DNA of 29,227 nt from Geosiphon pyriformis uo1 (GCA_016748015.1 JAAOMT010000386.1:133746-162972); one strand, 5' to 3'. Positions 1 to 12,900 are shown, numbered from the stretch's first letter. Notes: generated by a model from the letters alone, not told the origin. Numbers and translations are program-made.

Positions 1-207
1 ATGCTTTTCGTTTTCGTTCTTGTACTTCTCCTGTCTCAAATTCTTCTTCAATTCACGTAACTCATCTTCCTTTTCAAACTCATCTTCCTTCTCACCTTCC
101 ATTAACTTTTCTAGCTTCTCACCCTTCTGCTTCAGCTCCTCCACGCATCTCCTATACTCGGTCGTAGCCACCTCTAATTGATGTTCGATTTTGTCGACAC
201 TAGCCAT
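1..207 (-). CDS. 5' part of a putative host gene encoding a charged coiled-coil N-terminus; runs off the window start
   Basis: ATG at 207-205 opens 69 uninterrupted codons to base 1: MASVDKIEHQLEVATTEYRRCVEELKQKGEKLEKLMEGEKEDEFEKEDELRELKKNLRQEKYKNENEKH. GC and CpG are retained, unlike the flanks. A decayed paralog lies at ~22996 onward. Absent from the ORF track because it has no stop in the window. Confidence 0.7.
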   Translation of the reverse strand, partial: MASVDKIEHQLEVATTEYRRCVEELKQKGEKLEKLMEGEKEDEFEKEDELRELKKNLRQEKYKNENEKH

Positions 208-850
208 GGTGTTTTGCGTGTTTGTTATGGTTTGGGAAGATATGGCCTAATATATGTTTGGTTCGTGTCAATGACGTTTCAGATCTTTGATTTATCAGTA
301 TAATGATAATTAGAGTTTTTACCCCTGCCGTATGTCTATATAATATAATTGTTTCTTTAATAATTATTGTATTGTGCAATATTCATTAAATTATTTTTGT
401 TTTGTTAAATTGACATTATTATTGTTTTATATATTTTAATATTGAATAAAATTTGTTTTATTATTTTAAAGTAAAAATAATTGTAACTTTTAAAATTGGA
501 AAAAATTAAATATAATTTAATTAAAACTTAAAATATGTAACAAAAATATTACTTACACATTTTTTATATATAACTAATAATTTAAACTTATATTAAGCAA
601 TATAAATTAAAAAAACTATTTTATTTAAGTATTTAAAAATTTTTTATTTAAATGCTTATTTAATTTTTTATTTTAAACATATCTTTATATTTAAATTTAA
701 TAACTTTTATATTAATACTTTATATTTTTTACAAAATTATTAAATTATTATTTTTATTATTTAAAAGACATATATTATAGTTTTTGAATTTTTAAACAAC
801 AAAATAATAATAATAATACTTTTAATTTAAAAAAATTTTGGTATTTATTT
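1..850. repeat. Left arm of inverted duplication (gene 5' end plus AT-rich upstream region); continues at 7678-7775 beyond LINE-A
   Basis: The reverse complement aligns by eye with ~22131-23200, e.g. 247-285 vs 22917-22955, 511-620 vs ~22420-22535 and 770-846 vs ~22178-22280. 7751-7775 matches 22131-22152. Confidence 0.9.
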
Positions 851-876
851 ATTTATTTATTTTTTATTTATTTATT
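844..876 (-). repeat. (TAAA)n 3' tail of LINE-A
   Basis: Run of (TTTA)n on + immediately distal to the conserved 3' UTR, overlapping the TSD. Confidence 0.85.
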
Positions 877-989
877 AACAAGTGCAGCCCAATCAAAGTT
901 TAGAATAAGTTACAAAGAAAAGTAGCCAACTAAACATGGTTTACGCATTTGCTACATGTGACCGGCCATTTGAGCCAATCAAGGCAACA
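877..989 (-). promoter_or_regulatory. Conserved structured 3' UTR shared by elements A, B, C and D (putative RT-recognition stem-loop)
   Basis: RNA UGUUGC-CU-UGAUUGGCU-CAAAU-GGCCGGUCA-CAU-GUAGCA (950-989) can fold as a long hairpin. Homologs lie at 15389-15503 (C), 23594-23710 (D) and 15335-15370 + 22046-22125 (B). Confidence 0.65.
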
Positions 990-3900
990 CTATACACTTA
1001 TCAAAGCACTAACCCTATGAACAGCATCAGACAAAAACAAGAACTTACCCCTAAAACTGAAACCAACATCAAGAGAATCTAGTACACCAATAAGGCAGAG
1101 CACCAACACCAAGAGCACCAGCCACAACAACATCATCACCAATCAAACCACTTCTTTCTATGTCAGATCTGAACTTAGTTCTAAAGAGCCAGAGATTCGT
1201 CCTATAATTCTTAGCCAAATAATGGATGAAATCTACCACCACAACAGCCACTTTCTTTTTGTCATCAAGAGAAACAGTGGCCTCATCCATCCAACTCTTG
1301 AGAACAAATCCCTTGCAAAAAACTGAATACAACCTAACATCAAACACCTCCAGAAAGAGATCTCGCAGTACAAAAGATGATGACAGTAGATTAGAACCCA
1401 TCAGAGTCTTCCACAAATCACCAAAATCATCCAAAATATCTGACTGCACAGAAGCATCCTTAACACAAGTAAAACCATGATCGGGGAGTTCCACATTATC
1501 ACAAAACAGACAAGACACACCAGGGTAATCCTTATTATACAACCTTTTTCGAACAGCTACAGGCAACCTGAAATGAACAGCTTTCATAAAGTACGTACGA
1601 AGAGCAGCAGTGGCTCGACACGTACTCCCAGAGAGCATATGAGAGTCAGGGTGCCAAACTAGAGTGCTACTATTCCAATCGACAACCAGACCAAACAAAC
1701 AAGACACAATCTCTTGGCTGGGACCCACCTCCCACTGAAGTTTGCAAATAGAACAAAAAATGTCACATACAAAATGGTGGGCATTACTGGAAACTGGTTT
1801 GCCATCAGCAACCACATATCTACAATTAATCCTGACTGAAGAGAGACCCCAGAATACACAGCCTGTTCAGCAAGAACGTCAGCCAAAACATTACCAGCGA
1901 TGCCAGCATGACCTTTGATCTTAATCCAGCAGACAGTCAGATCTTTGGATTCAATCAAATTAACCACATGGTGCCTTTTTATTCAGTAATTATTGCGACA
2001 ATCTGGCTGTAACAGACCCAATTCAGCCACACATGCATCGATAGCCACTTGACTATCCATGTGCAAAGCCACTAAAACAGAGACAGAAATGCACTACAAA
2101 ACCAGGGCAACAGCCTGTAATTCAGCCAGGGTCAAAGACAGCACACCATGTACCTCCACTCCTAAACCTTTGTTCAAGCCAGGAAAATAAACGGCAGCAC
2201 CACACACCATCTGAAACATACCCAAATTTCTAAGAGAACTGTCAGTATAAACATCAATCTCATCAGTCCACAATCTATGAATCTCTTCATAAATGTCGGC
2301 AAAAGATGTCAAATCCAAAACATTAACATAAACAGAAGCTAAATTTGCAGGAGGAGGAGCATGCAAACAATTACCCAAGTAAGCAGAGGCCTTCAAAAAC
2401 CATAAAGGCACGAGGCCTCTAGAACCAAGTCTTTTCCATCAGCAAAATATATGCCAACTAACAATAGAACCATTTTTGTCCAGAAGTTGGTCATCATACG
2501 CTACACCAGCAATTTTCAAGGAGCAAACCACATTGAAATACAAAGGATCACCCAATACTAATGATATTGGAAAACGGCCAGGAGAGCGAAAAACACAGGG
2601 AAGCCTGTTATCCAAAAACAGCTTGTTGTCAAGAAATATACAAACCACACCTGCTAGAAAATTGTTTGAAGTGTTCACTCTTAGCTTAACAGGATATTGC
2701 AGAGGATTCAACAGAGCCCAGCACAAAACCTGCAAATCCAAAATTCAATGTTTGAACAGTTGGCCAAGAATTCCAGAAGAATTCACAAACTGCACAACGA
2801 AAGCTGTCTTGCATTCAGCTTGCAACTGTTCAAAAGATTTCAGCTCATAAAGAGAGGGGTGGTGTAACACCTCATTGGGAAAGTCTCTTGGCAAATTGGC
2901 TTTTGACCTAAGACCTCTCCTAATTAGAATGTTCCATTTTAGACAAACAACTTTGAAAACAAAACTAAACTGCATTCGATAACTGACTATGAACTGCAAA
3001 ACAGCTGAAACCAGATAAGAGAATTGTTTATCAGAGACAGCCTTCTGGAGAACCATATTTGAAAAGAACTTAATATCTGAATTGGCTTTGGCAAGACTTG
3101 GCTTAGACAAATCATTGGTGGACAAGAAAATACTCAAATATCGATGACTCACACTAGGATTGGCAACAGTGATAGCCTGGCCATTGATGGATAAAACAGG
3201 AACCCCCACTCTTTTGTTAATAGGAATGGCAACCATCTTCTCATTGTTTATGTTAATGTCATTGATGAAGAAAAACTCACTGGCCACATTAAAAATGTGC
3301 TGCGTAGAGGCTTGCCCATTTCTCACCCAAATAGTGTCATCAACAAAGGCACCAGCCATGAAAAAAGAGGTCATATCTCTACTAGTCTCAATCCTTCCAG
3401 TCTTTGACACAAAGTTCAAATTGATCCAATAACCACACAAATGATCTTGTCTCACAACTTCACATAACAAAGGGTCATAAAAAATTCTCCATAGAAGAGA
3501 TGAGAAAACTTTGCCCTAATCCAAACCATCAAGAACTTCATATTCATCAGAAAGGCCAAAATCTGTCATAACTCTGTTGAAGTGACTGTTGTGAATGTTG
3601 CCAAAAAACTTGATAAACTTGCTGCACATTTTGATATAACATAAACTAGTTTCTAAATAAGGCCAACCAACAGAATCATATGCTTTGCACATGTCTTGAA
3701 GAACTAGCCAAAGTTTGCAGTCTTTTTGCAAAGCATTCTCCACAATTGAACCCACAACTGAAATTGGTGACTGAGTGGAAGTGCCTTTGAGAACAGAAAA
3801 GTTGTTACCACAAAAGACATCAAACCTACTACAAGCAAAAGAGATCCTGTCTGAGAGAACTTTTGACAGAATCTTTCTGGCCATCTTAATCAATACAATA

Positions 3901-5643
3901 GGTTGTGTATTCGACAAGACACCATCCCAATCATAAGGCTTAGAAATCATGGACACCCAGGCCTCTTTCCAATGGACTGAAACATTACCAAAACACAAAC
4001 AAAAGTTCAGCAAAGACAACAAATACTCCAAAACCAAACAGCCAGTGTGTTTCTAAAGTTCATTGGTGATACCAGACAAACCAGCAGCTTTGTCATTAGG
4101 AAGATTGCTTATAACTGAAGACATCTCACACATGGTAATATCACACATAACCAGACTGAAAGCACTATCATTAACATAAGCCAAAGGGGCATATTGTTGT
4201 GCCCAGGGACCAGACAAGGCAGGAAGAGCATTCCGCTTCCTGGTCCAATTAACTATGATATCATCAATTTTGAGCTTCACTTCATCAGGTTCCAAAATAA
4301 GAGAATCACCAACAACCAAATGGTTCAGAACAACTTTGCAAAAGGGCTGCTCCAAGATGCTCCAAATCATCCTATCTTTGTCCATTTCAAACTTTTCCAT
4401 ACACTTATCAATTGCATCTCTGATAGCAGATCTTTTGGCCATCTCAGATTCACAATATTTGGACTTTCTATATTGCTTCCTAACCTTTGAAAGATGATTT
4501 ATCAAGCCAGCAGAACTCACACTATCTCCAATCATACCAAAAACTTTGGAAGCTTCAGAAGGGTCAACTTTAAGCCAAGTGTCAGCCAGACAATCAAAGC
4601 CCAAAGTATCATTCCGTCTCAGCACTTTCAATAACTTGGCAACCAAAAGCTCCAACCTGGAAAATTTAGAAGAGAGTCTATTCTTAGCACAATTAAATTC
4701 ACTATACCAATGTCTCGAAAAATTTTTTTCAGCAGAAGCAGTTATGGCATCAGCTAGCATCCTTCACATTCCATCCAAGTTGCCACCATCCTCAGCCATC
4801 TTGAACCTATTCAGAGAATCCAAAAGCACACACTCAGAGAGGTCCTTAAAATGTGCCCACTTTTTCTCATCAGCATCCTTAATCTTAGTGATCCTTATTA
4901 GCGTGCTTGTGGATGCTGTTCAAATGAGCATTCAAAAAACCACCCAACCCAATAGACATTGACACAGCCAAGTGATCCGTGTTAAAAAATTCCGAAACAG
5001 AACCAACATCACGATCCACAACTGCTAAAATCAAAGAGTCACTAACTAGAATATAATCCAAAATCTTGTTAATGCCTCTTGAATTGTTCCAAGTAGGAAT
5101 CCTAACTAGAGAGTAACCACCAAAAACATTAACTAAACCCAAACCTAAACATTTTCTAAGACTCACCCTCTTGACTGAATTGTTTTCATTGAAGTCCCCA
5201 CCCAAAACAACAAAAAAACTTCTATTAATAGTATCAGCAATGAATGAATTAATAACAGAAGTCTGAGCAAAACGGTCACCACCAGACACACAGACATAAA
5301 GCCCAATGACAGACACAGAAAGCTTGTTCTTAAACAAAAAGTGAATTGAAAGAACTCTGCCCTTCACCTTCTCGACTTTGGAAACATGACAAGCCAGAGA
5401 ATTGTTCACAAAAATAGCCACACCAGCCCCACGAAACCCAACATCCAGACCAGATGTAAAAACCCAGACACCCTCAAACTTTTTCATGATCCATGGTTGT
5501 GAACTGGAACACAACTTGGTTTCCATAACAATCGAGATCGAACTACAAGATTCCTTATGCCAGCAATAAATGTTCTCCTGCTTTGCAGAATTGTTCATTC
5601 CCCTAACATTACATGTGGCAATTTTCCAAATAAAACTGGTCAT
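990..5643 (-). pseudogene. LINE-A ORF2 (AP endonuclease, reverse transcriptase, RNase H, C-terminal zinc finger)
   Basis: APE motifs WKIATCNVRG, METK, GGDFN, LDYI, TDH. RT motifs KAAGLSGITNE, LQDMCKAYDSV, D*G..SPLL-like, GAFVDDT (FVDDT at 3333-3347). RNase H motifs YTD, AELQA, MDSQ, KIKGHAGIAGNVLAD. Zinc finger CLFCDNVELPDHGFTC. Broken by stops (e.g. 4053, 3516, 2745, 2439, 2094) and frameshifts; natural stop TAG at 990-992. Confidence 0.95.
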
Positions 5644-7536
5644 TGTGATGAAGAGATAACCAAAGAATCTGAGCCAGCACATAACTGATCCAACTTAGCT
5701 AAAATCGAACCAACGGAGATGTCGAGGGCAACCAGCTTTGATTTCAGACCACCAACTTTGGAAGTCAGGACTTTGGAACTACTCGGACCCAATAGCAAAC
5801 CAGTAACACCTGGAGAGAAAGAAGTAGGCTGGACAACAGGATCATCAACTGCCATGTCAAAATCCAAGTCAGAGTTTGTAACCACAAGAGGAACAGAGGT
5901 TGGGGACTGAGGAACTACCACAGAAGGAGCCAATTGAGAAGAAAGCGCCAAGGGTGCCGAATTAATATTGTCAAGATGAGAAAAAATATTCGAAATTTGT
6001 TCAAACAGAAGCTCTACAGAGCATTCCAGAAGCACTAAGCGAGCACTTAAAGGAGAATTGACCACAGGTAGAGGGAAGAGTACTCCACCCGAACTCAAAT
6101 CACTAGAAGGTGGGGAACTGGAACCAGAACCAGCATGAAAACCAAGCAACTGAGACCACTTGAGCCCAAGATTTGCCACCAAAAACAACAAGACAAGAGA
6201 TTGGCACATTCTTCTTCGCATACAATTTGGCCAGCTGGAGACGAGTATCAGGGTTGATAGGCCTTATAAACAACTTTGAAAATTTGAAAGCTGACACAAC
6301 CTTAGCATCACATTCCAAGGCAGAATGACCAAACTTCCCATACTGTTCACAACAAACCAAATCCAGCCTAGCCCATGAGAGTTTTACACCACCAAGGATC
6401 AGTTCTGTGCGAAAAGCTGACTCCAAAACTTCATCAGAATCAAAACACACAACAGTACAGTGGACCCTATTACCAGTTTCCAATGACCGATTTATGACAC
6501 AAGTTTTCCCACCAGTCTCTTCAAGAAGATCTCCAAGATCATGAACAATAGTCCTCACTGACAAAGTAAACAAAAGTGCCCTGAACTGGTCCCTAGATGC
6601 CCAAGTTTTATGGTCACCCACCGCCATAGTCACACGAACCAAGTCTTTACCAATCAGGAAGGACCACCTAGCAGCCAAAGACACAGCCTGTTCTAATTCA
6701 GTGAATTCTACTATAGCCTTTTGCCATAAACCAATCAACTGGATTTTGATCGACTTAATTTCTCCAAACTCGGATACTGCAGTGACAATCATTTCTTTTG
6801 GCATATCCATGGGAATTTCCTTGATGACTACAGCCCGATCTGAATGAATTTCTTGTCTCTTAAGATCGCTGTTTACCACGATGTCATTTTCCCTGGCCAA
6901 TGAGGCAGTCTTTTCTATGCTTTCTGATGAAGTAAACATCAATCTGATGATCCTTTCAAATTTTGAGGGAATAGTGGCCCCCCCAAAACTATTGATTCGT
7001 GAAAACAATTTCCTTATGACCTGAGTTTTAAATGTCACCGATTTCCCTTCCACAGCCGAAAGATTGATGTCCAAAGTGAAAGATTTCTTAATCACTACTT
7101 CTACTTGAGTCTTAATAATTTTAGGGTCTAACCAAATTCTGTCCAGAGAGATACCAAGAGAAAAAGGGAAGGGACCACCATCATTATTGTCCATGTTATA
7201 ATCCAAGAAACCAAGAGGGGAACCACAATCCAAATTATTCTTAACCCTCTTTGCCTTAGGAGTCATTGCAGTTGAGCCGAGAAGAGAACCATCACCACCA
7301 CCAGCCAATATGTCATCAGCAATACTGTCACCAAAATTACTTTCCATATCCAAGTATTGATTTTTTTTAGAATGAGATTTGGCCAAAACAGCTTCATGTT
7401 TATCACCAGACTAAATCATATGGCAAAGAGAAACTCTTTTTTTTTGAGAGAAGGGGCCACCAGTAGAACCAGAAAAAGCACCAACAGGAGCTTTCTTATT
7501 CAACATACTACTGCCAGGAGCAGCTTCCAGGTCCAC
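5640..7536 (-). pseudogene. LINE-A ORF1 (gag-like: RRM-like region, CCHC zinc knuckle, C-terminal coiled coil)
   Basis: ORF-track pieces 6103-7386 and 5640-6221 are joined by a frameshift near 6140. The knuckle reads CEQYGKFGHSALEC at 6310-6351 (second Cys changed TGT>TAT). The frame extends upstream through one stop to ~7506-7536. Confidence 0.85.
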
Positions 7537-8132
7537 AACAAATGGATTATTTGTAAGAGAAATAGTGAAATATAGCAAGTAGAAAAAACAAAAAACAAAA
7601 AAACTTCTTTCAAAAACGTGCTCTTTGGGGAATTTAGAATGTAGAAGAGAAAGAAGTTTTTTTTTTAAAAATATTAGAAATTTTGTATTTATTTTTAATA
7701 ATCAATAAAAAAATAATTAAAATTTTTAAAACACTAATAAATTTAACTATAAATTTATTAAACAAATCAATTTTTGTAAGTAAAATTTTTAAAATTTTAT
7801 TATTAATTCTAAAAATAAGTAAATAAAACATAAAATAATAATAAAAAATTATTATTTTTTTAAATTCTTTGGAAAAATTAAATAGCTATAATTTTAAGAT
7901 TAATTATGTATATTAATTTTTACAAATTTAATTTACTGTTTTAATTAAATTTTTTTATTATTATTTCGATTATTTTTAATAATTTTTTTGTTATCTATTT
8001 ATTCTAATAATTATCAAAAAGTTTTAATTTTAATAAAAAAGTTTTTAGTTGTTATTATATACTATTTAATTTGATAAATTAAAACTATTTTTATTTAATT
8101 ACAAGACTATTATTGATTTTAATATTGCTGTT

Positions 8133-9903
8133 ATGAAGAAATCTACCAGAAACTCTGGTTTTAATATTGTTAATAAGAATGTTTTTTCTAGAAAAAAGAG
8201 AAAATATAATGTTTTAAAAGATAATATTGTTAATAAAGAGTTGTTTGCCAAGAAAATAATTAATTGTTCTTAAGATTTTAAAGCTAATAATACTATTAAA
8301 TTCAATAGTATTGATATAAAAAAAAATTTTTAGTGGAAAATTCCAATGTAAATTACAATAAAAAAAAACAATCTAAACCAAACATTTAAGAAACTTAAAT
8401 TGATGACCAAAAAAACATTAAACATATTTTTAAAAAAGATTAAGTTTATAAGTAAAGATAAAAATAATGTTTTCTTAAATGTTTTTGTAATTCTGTCTTT
8501 TTCTTTAAAAAATCTTGTTAATATATCTGTTAAAAAATTTTTTACTTTTAATATTAGTTTAGATGCTATAGTAAAAAAGTTTTCTTAAAAAAAGTTAAAA
8601 ATAATTGGAAATTTGTTTTCTAAAATCAATGATTTTGAAGAAATTTTTATTTTCTTAAAATTTGTTAAAATTATTTATATATTATTTATTTCCAAATTAA
8701 ACTTAGTATAAGCAATAAAAAAAACAAGAACTATAAACATCTTAGTAAATACCAATTTCAAAAAATTTGCTAAATATTTAAATTAAATTGTAGTAGTTAA
8801 AAAAATACCAATTAAAACATTAGTTGGAGTTGTATATACTGTGTTATTTGAATTTAAGATAATTGTGTCAATTAAAATACAATTAGTAAAAATATAACAA
8901 AAAGCTATAATTGAATTTGAGTAATCTGATTATATTAATTTAATCATAGCAAAATGATCTATTTTAATTAAGAAAAATTCTATAAGAATTACTAAAGCTA
9001 ATATAAACAAAAAAACATAGGACACAAGAAACTATAATAAAACACTGATTTATATATTGTCAATAAGAACAAATACACATAATATTTAAGACTTTATTAA
9101 ATTTATAGATAAAAAAACATATGTAATTAATTATTATTTTGTTTTATATGCTTAAACCAAATATGTGGTAATTTGTTTTAACTCTGCTAACTTACTAAAT
9201 ACTATTATAAATATTACATTAGTTTTAAAAGATACAATCTGTATTAGTTTTATTTAAATATGGCCAAGTATATTAAGTATAAGAAATTGAGTCATATATT
9301 AATTAGTTATACTAATGATAAGAAAGTTTTTTTAGGTAGTTTTTTTATAAAATTTTTTTAAAAGCAAATAAAAACAGGCTTACTATTATTTACACTAAAT
9401 ATTTAGCTTTCATTATTTATCTAGTTTTTTTTGATCGAGTTTTTTAAGTAAAAATTGTTGGTAGTTTCTTATTTTTCTCTCTTTTTCTGTATAATAAGTC
9501 TTTAAAAATTGATTTTTCTATAGAAGTAAAGTCTTTTCTACCAGTTATATTAGAAATAAATAATAAGTTCATTGTTTTTGAGCACAGTCTTGCTGGTTTT
9601 GTAAAACAAATTGATTAGCTAACTAAGAAATTAAATATATTTAAGCCAATAATTTTCCAGTCTAATTCTAGATATTAGTTGTTAATAACTCTTTTATTAC
9701 AAAATTAAAAAGTAGATATAATAATAAATAAGAGTATAGATATAATTTCTAACAATAAAACTGTTATAGAAGCAATGCTTTTAAATTCATCAAGTTTTTT
9801 AAAATTAAAAAATAATATAAAGAAATTATTAGATATAATTTTAGAACTTTTGGCCAAAGTAAACAATTTTGGTTTGGTTTTAAGTTTTTGTTTTTCTCAA
9901 TAA
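8133..9903 (+). pseudogene. LINE-B ORF1 relic
   Basis: MKKSTRNSG...SRKKRK N-terminus, then segments alignable to LINE-A ORF1; ends ...SQ* at 9901-9903 as LINE-A ORF1 does. Confidence 0.75.
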
Positions 9904-12900
9904 TCAGTTTTATTTAAAAAATTACTACATATAATATTAAAAAAATAAACAATTCTGCTAATCAAGAGAATATTATTTGCTAACATAAAAATAAGAGTAA
10001 TTCTGTATTTATTATAACAAAAACAAAAATAAGATTTGTTCTTAAATTATAAGTAAATTTAAAAAAATTAAAGTTTTTACTTTGAAAATTAACTTCAATT
10101 ATCTGAGTTCTAGTATTGTAGTAATAATTAACAATAATATTGTTAAATATATATGCAAATTATTAAAGATTACTACTTAATTTTTGTTAACATGTTTACT
10201 ATTTAAGAATTATTTTTTGATTTTTATTTTGGAGTTATATATTAGTGCTATTTTAAAAAAAAAATTGGCCGAGTTTTATAATATTAATTTTATAATAACT
10301 AAAGCTTTAAATAGTAATACATATTTGGTTTTTAATAATAAATTCAATAAAAATAATTCTGGTTATAGTATAAGTTTTAGAAAATTTTTAGATATAAGTT
10401 TATTTAATTTTTTTAATAGTTTTTATTATATAAGCTTTTTATATAATTTAATTTTAAGAAAATTAAAAAATGTGTTAATTTTGTTTTAATTAATAATAGT
10501 ATTTAAAGTTTGTTTCTTAATTAACAAGTTTACTGTTCAGATGAGTTTTTTAATATTAATTATTTTGTTATATTAATAAACATTGGTTTGGAAAAACTTT
10601 TTAGTTTTTAACTTAATTTAATACATAAACAACTCACTAAAAATAGATGAAAATACAAAATTTGTAAGATTAATAAGAAAGTTTAGAAGAAGTTTGAAAA
10701 TTTGTTGTTGGCTGCTGCTTTGAATGCTGCTAAAAACTTTAATAATGTTATTCATAGAATATAAAAATTAAATATTAATACATAAATTAACCAATCAGAA
10801 TAGATGTAGTAAAAGTAGAATTCCAAGATTCTTCTTAGAAAAATTGCAAAATTCCAGAATTACAGGATTCTTGTATAAGGAATTCAAAAAATTTTGTATA
10901 ACATAAATTATGTATATATAGTAGTAGTATCAAAAGCTAGAAAATTAATCAATTAAACTCTTAGAGTCAATTAAACTTACAGGTCATAATTATTAAATAC
11001 TTTTCTTTTCAAAGATGATTGCTATCAATTGAATGAAATTATATCAATAAAATATTTTTTCAATTTTTTAAATTCATGTTATTATCTATTACTTAATCTG
11101 CTAACACAATAGCTCTTGATTATAACTATTGACAGAATACTTATTTCTTATTTTATTTTTTTTATTTTTTTATTTTTTTTTATTTTATTTTCTTTTGTTG
11201 TTTGCTAAATTAATTAAAAAGATTAAGCATTGAGTATTAACATCAAAGATTGTCTAATAAAAAATGTCTACAAGAGAGTAGATACTTGAATTTAAGAATT
11301 ACTTATTAGAAAATTGCCAGCCACCAAGCTGAGAAAAAAATTGATGAAATTGCAATTCTGAAAGACTATTAAAAACAATTATTGAATCTCTGTTCATTAT
11401 ATAAAAAACTTCACCAAAACTTTCAGATCACAAAAATTTTCAAAAACTAACACCATTATAATAATTAAGCATCAAATTATGAGTTTGTTATTTGTACTAA
11501 CATTTCAAATAATTACTTGTAATAATAATTACCAAAAAAAACAGACTTTAATAAAATACAACAGTTGCTTAATAGAATAGTGTACTTTATAGCTAATGTT
11601 GCTTTTTCAAAAACATGGTATTAAAATAATAAGGTGGTTAAAAGTATCATATTTTTTAAGTTTTACAGACTAGAATTGCTGGTGTTAAAAATCTTAAAAG
11701 CATACTGATTAAAAATTTAGAAGAACTTTAGACTTTAGTTAACAAATAAATTTTTTTAAATTCTAACTAAACAATAAAATTCAAGAAATTTTTGAATAAT
11801 AATTATAACAAAGTTTTAATTAAACAATTATTAACTTGTTTTAAAAAAATTTATAAGTCTTATAAGATATTAAAATCTAAAACTACTGAGAATTTTTGTA
11901 TTAAAATTATTATTACTTAATACATAAAAGCTTTTGCTAATAATAAGAGTCAAATAATAAGAAATGTATTGAAAAAACTTTTCAAAAAAGTTATATTAAA
12001 TTATTTGGTTAATAATAGTAAACTAGTTTAAAATTTAATTTGGTCAAGTGTAGAATTAATTTAATTATGAAAAATTAGACCAAAAAATATGCAGTTAAAG
12101 CTACTATTTTTTTTTATTAACAGAAATAATTTGCATTTTTTAAGTATGTTAATGATAATATATTTTTTAATATAATATTATAAATTGGTTTTAATAAGTT
12201 TTTATTAGTAATCAAAAATCTTCTTAATAAAAAAGTTATTAAATTGTCTAATATTTCTAATAAAATATGGAAAAATAGTTACAAATTTGTTTTAAATTGT
12301 TTATTATATTTACTTAATTTGTGTTTAGTGTTTAAATTGATTTTTAATATCTAAAAAAAATCTGGATATTTATGATTCTAAAACTATATAAATAAAAAAA
12401 CATTTTAATAAACACCAGATCTATTGTTTTTATTAAAACTACAAAAAAGTTTTTTTTTAGATTTTGTTTGATTGTATTTTTAAGATTTCTAACAAATACA
12501 AGATTTTATATAAAGACAATTTCTTAGTTTTAAAGAGTATTTCAATTTAGTTTTTTATTTTTACTATTAAATTTGTTATTAAAAATGCTTTGGAAAAAAG
12601 TAGAAAAATCTGATTAGTGCTTTAAGACATAAGCAAAACTTATAATTTAGTGAGTTAATCACATTTAAAAACCAGTTTTAATTAAATGAAAATATGTAAT
12701 AAGTTTATAAAATTTTTTGGTTATATTCACAATAATTATATAAATAGAATTATAATTGACTTTAGTTTGTTTAAAAATTATAAAGTTTATAATAAACTTG
12801 ATTAGAATAAAGTTTTTTTGTCTCTTTTTCAGGGAATTTTTTACAACTTTTTCTTATGTAAAGTAAAAAAAATAAACCTATGTTCAGATATTAAATGAAT

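Larger units (their letters stand above)
851..7677 (-). mobile_element. LINE-A: full-length non-LTR retrotransposon (ORF1 + APE-RT-RNase H-CCHC ORF2), inactivated
   Basis: Has ORF1 and ORF2 motifs, a 3' UTR and a (TAAA)n tail at ~844-876. Flanked by near-identical TSD AAATTTTGGTATTTATTT (833-850) / AAATTTTGTATTTATTT (7678-7694). Host homology to the right arm resumes on both sides. Confidence 0.95.

Noticed and set aside
877-989. Self-cleaving ribozyme in the 3' UTR (GGCCGG recalls the HDV 5' end)
   Set aside because: I could not find the HDV nested pseudoknot or the hammerhead CUGANGA/GAAA cores by eye; kept only as a stem-loop.
1226-5910. Plus-strand ORFs (1226-1480, 1477-1662, 2476-2850, 3160-3432, 4194-4490, 4255-4497, 4546-4962, 5719-5910)
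   Set aside because: Antisense shadows of LINE-A coding sequence with no recognisable motifs of their own.
7634-7831. Hydrophobic F/I/L/K-rich ORF resembling a small membrane protein (also 17950-18135, 21313-21498)
   Set aside because: The composition follows from extreme AT content; 7634-7831 also straddles the LINE-A junction.
7928-8090. TSD and exact 5' end of LINE-B (candidates TTAATTT at ~7928 and ~8067 versus 22135)
   Set aside because: Matches are too short and AT-rich to choose between; the boundary is left approximate.
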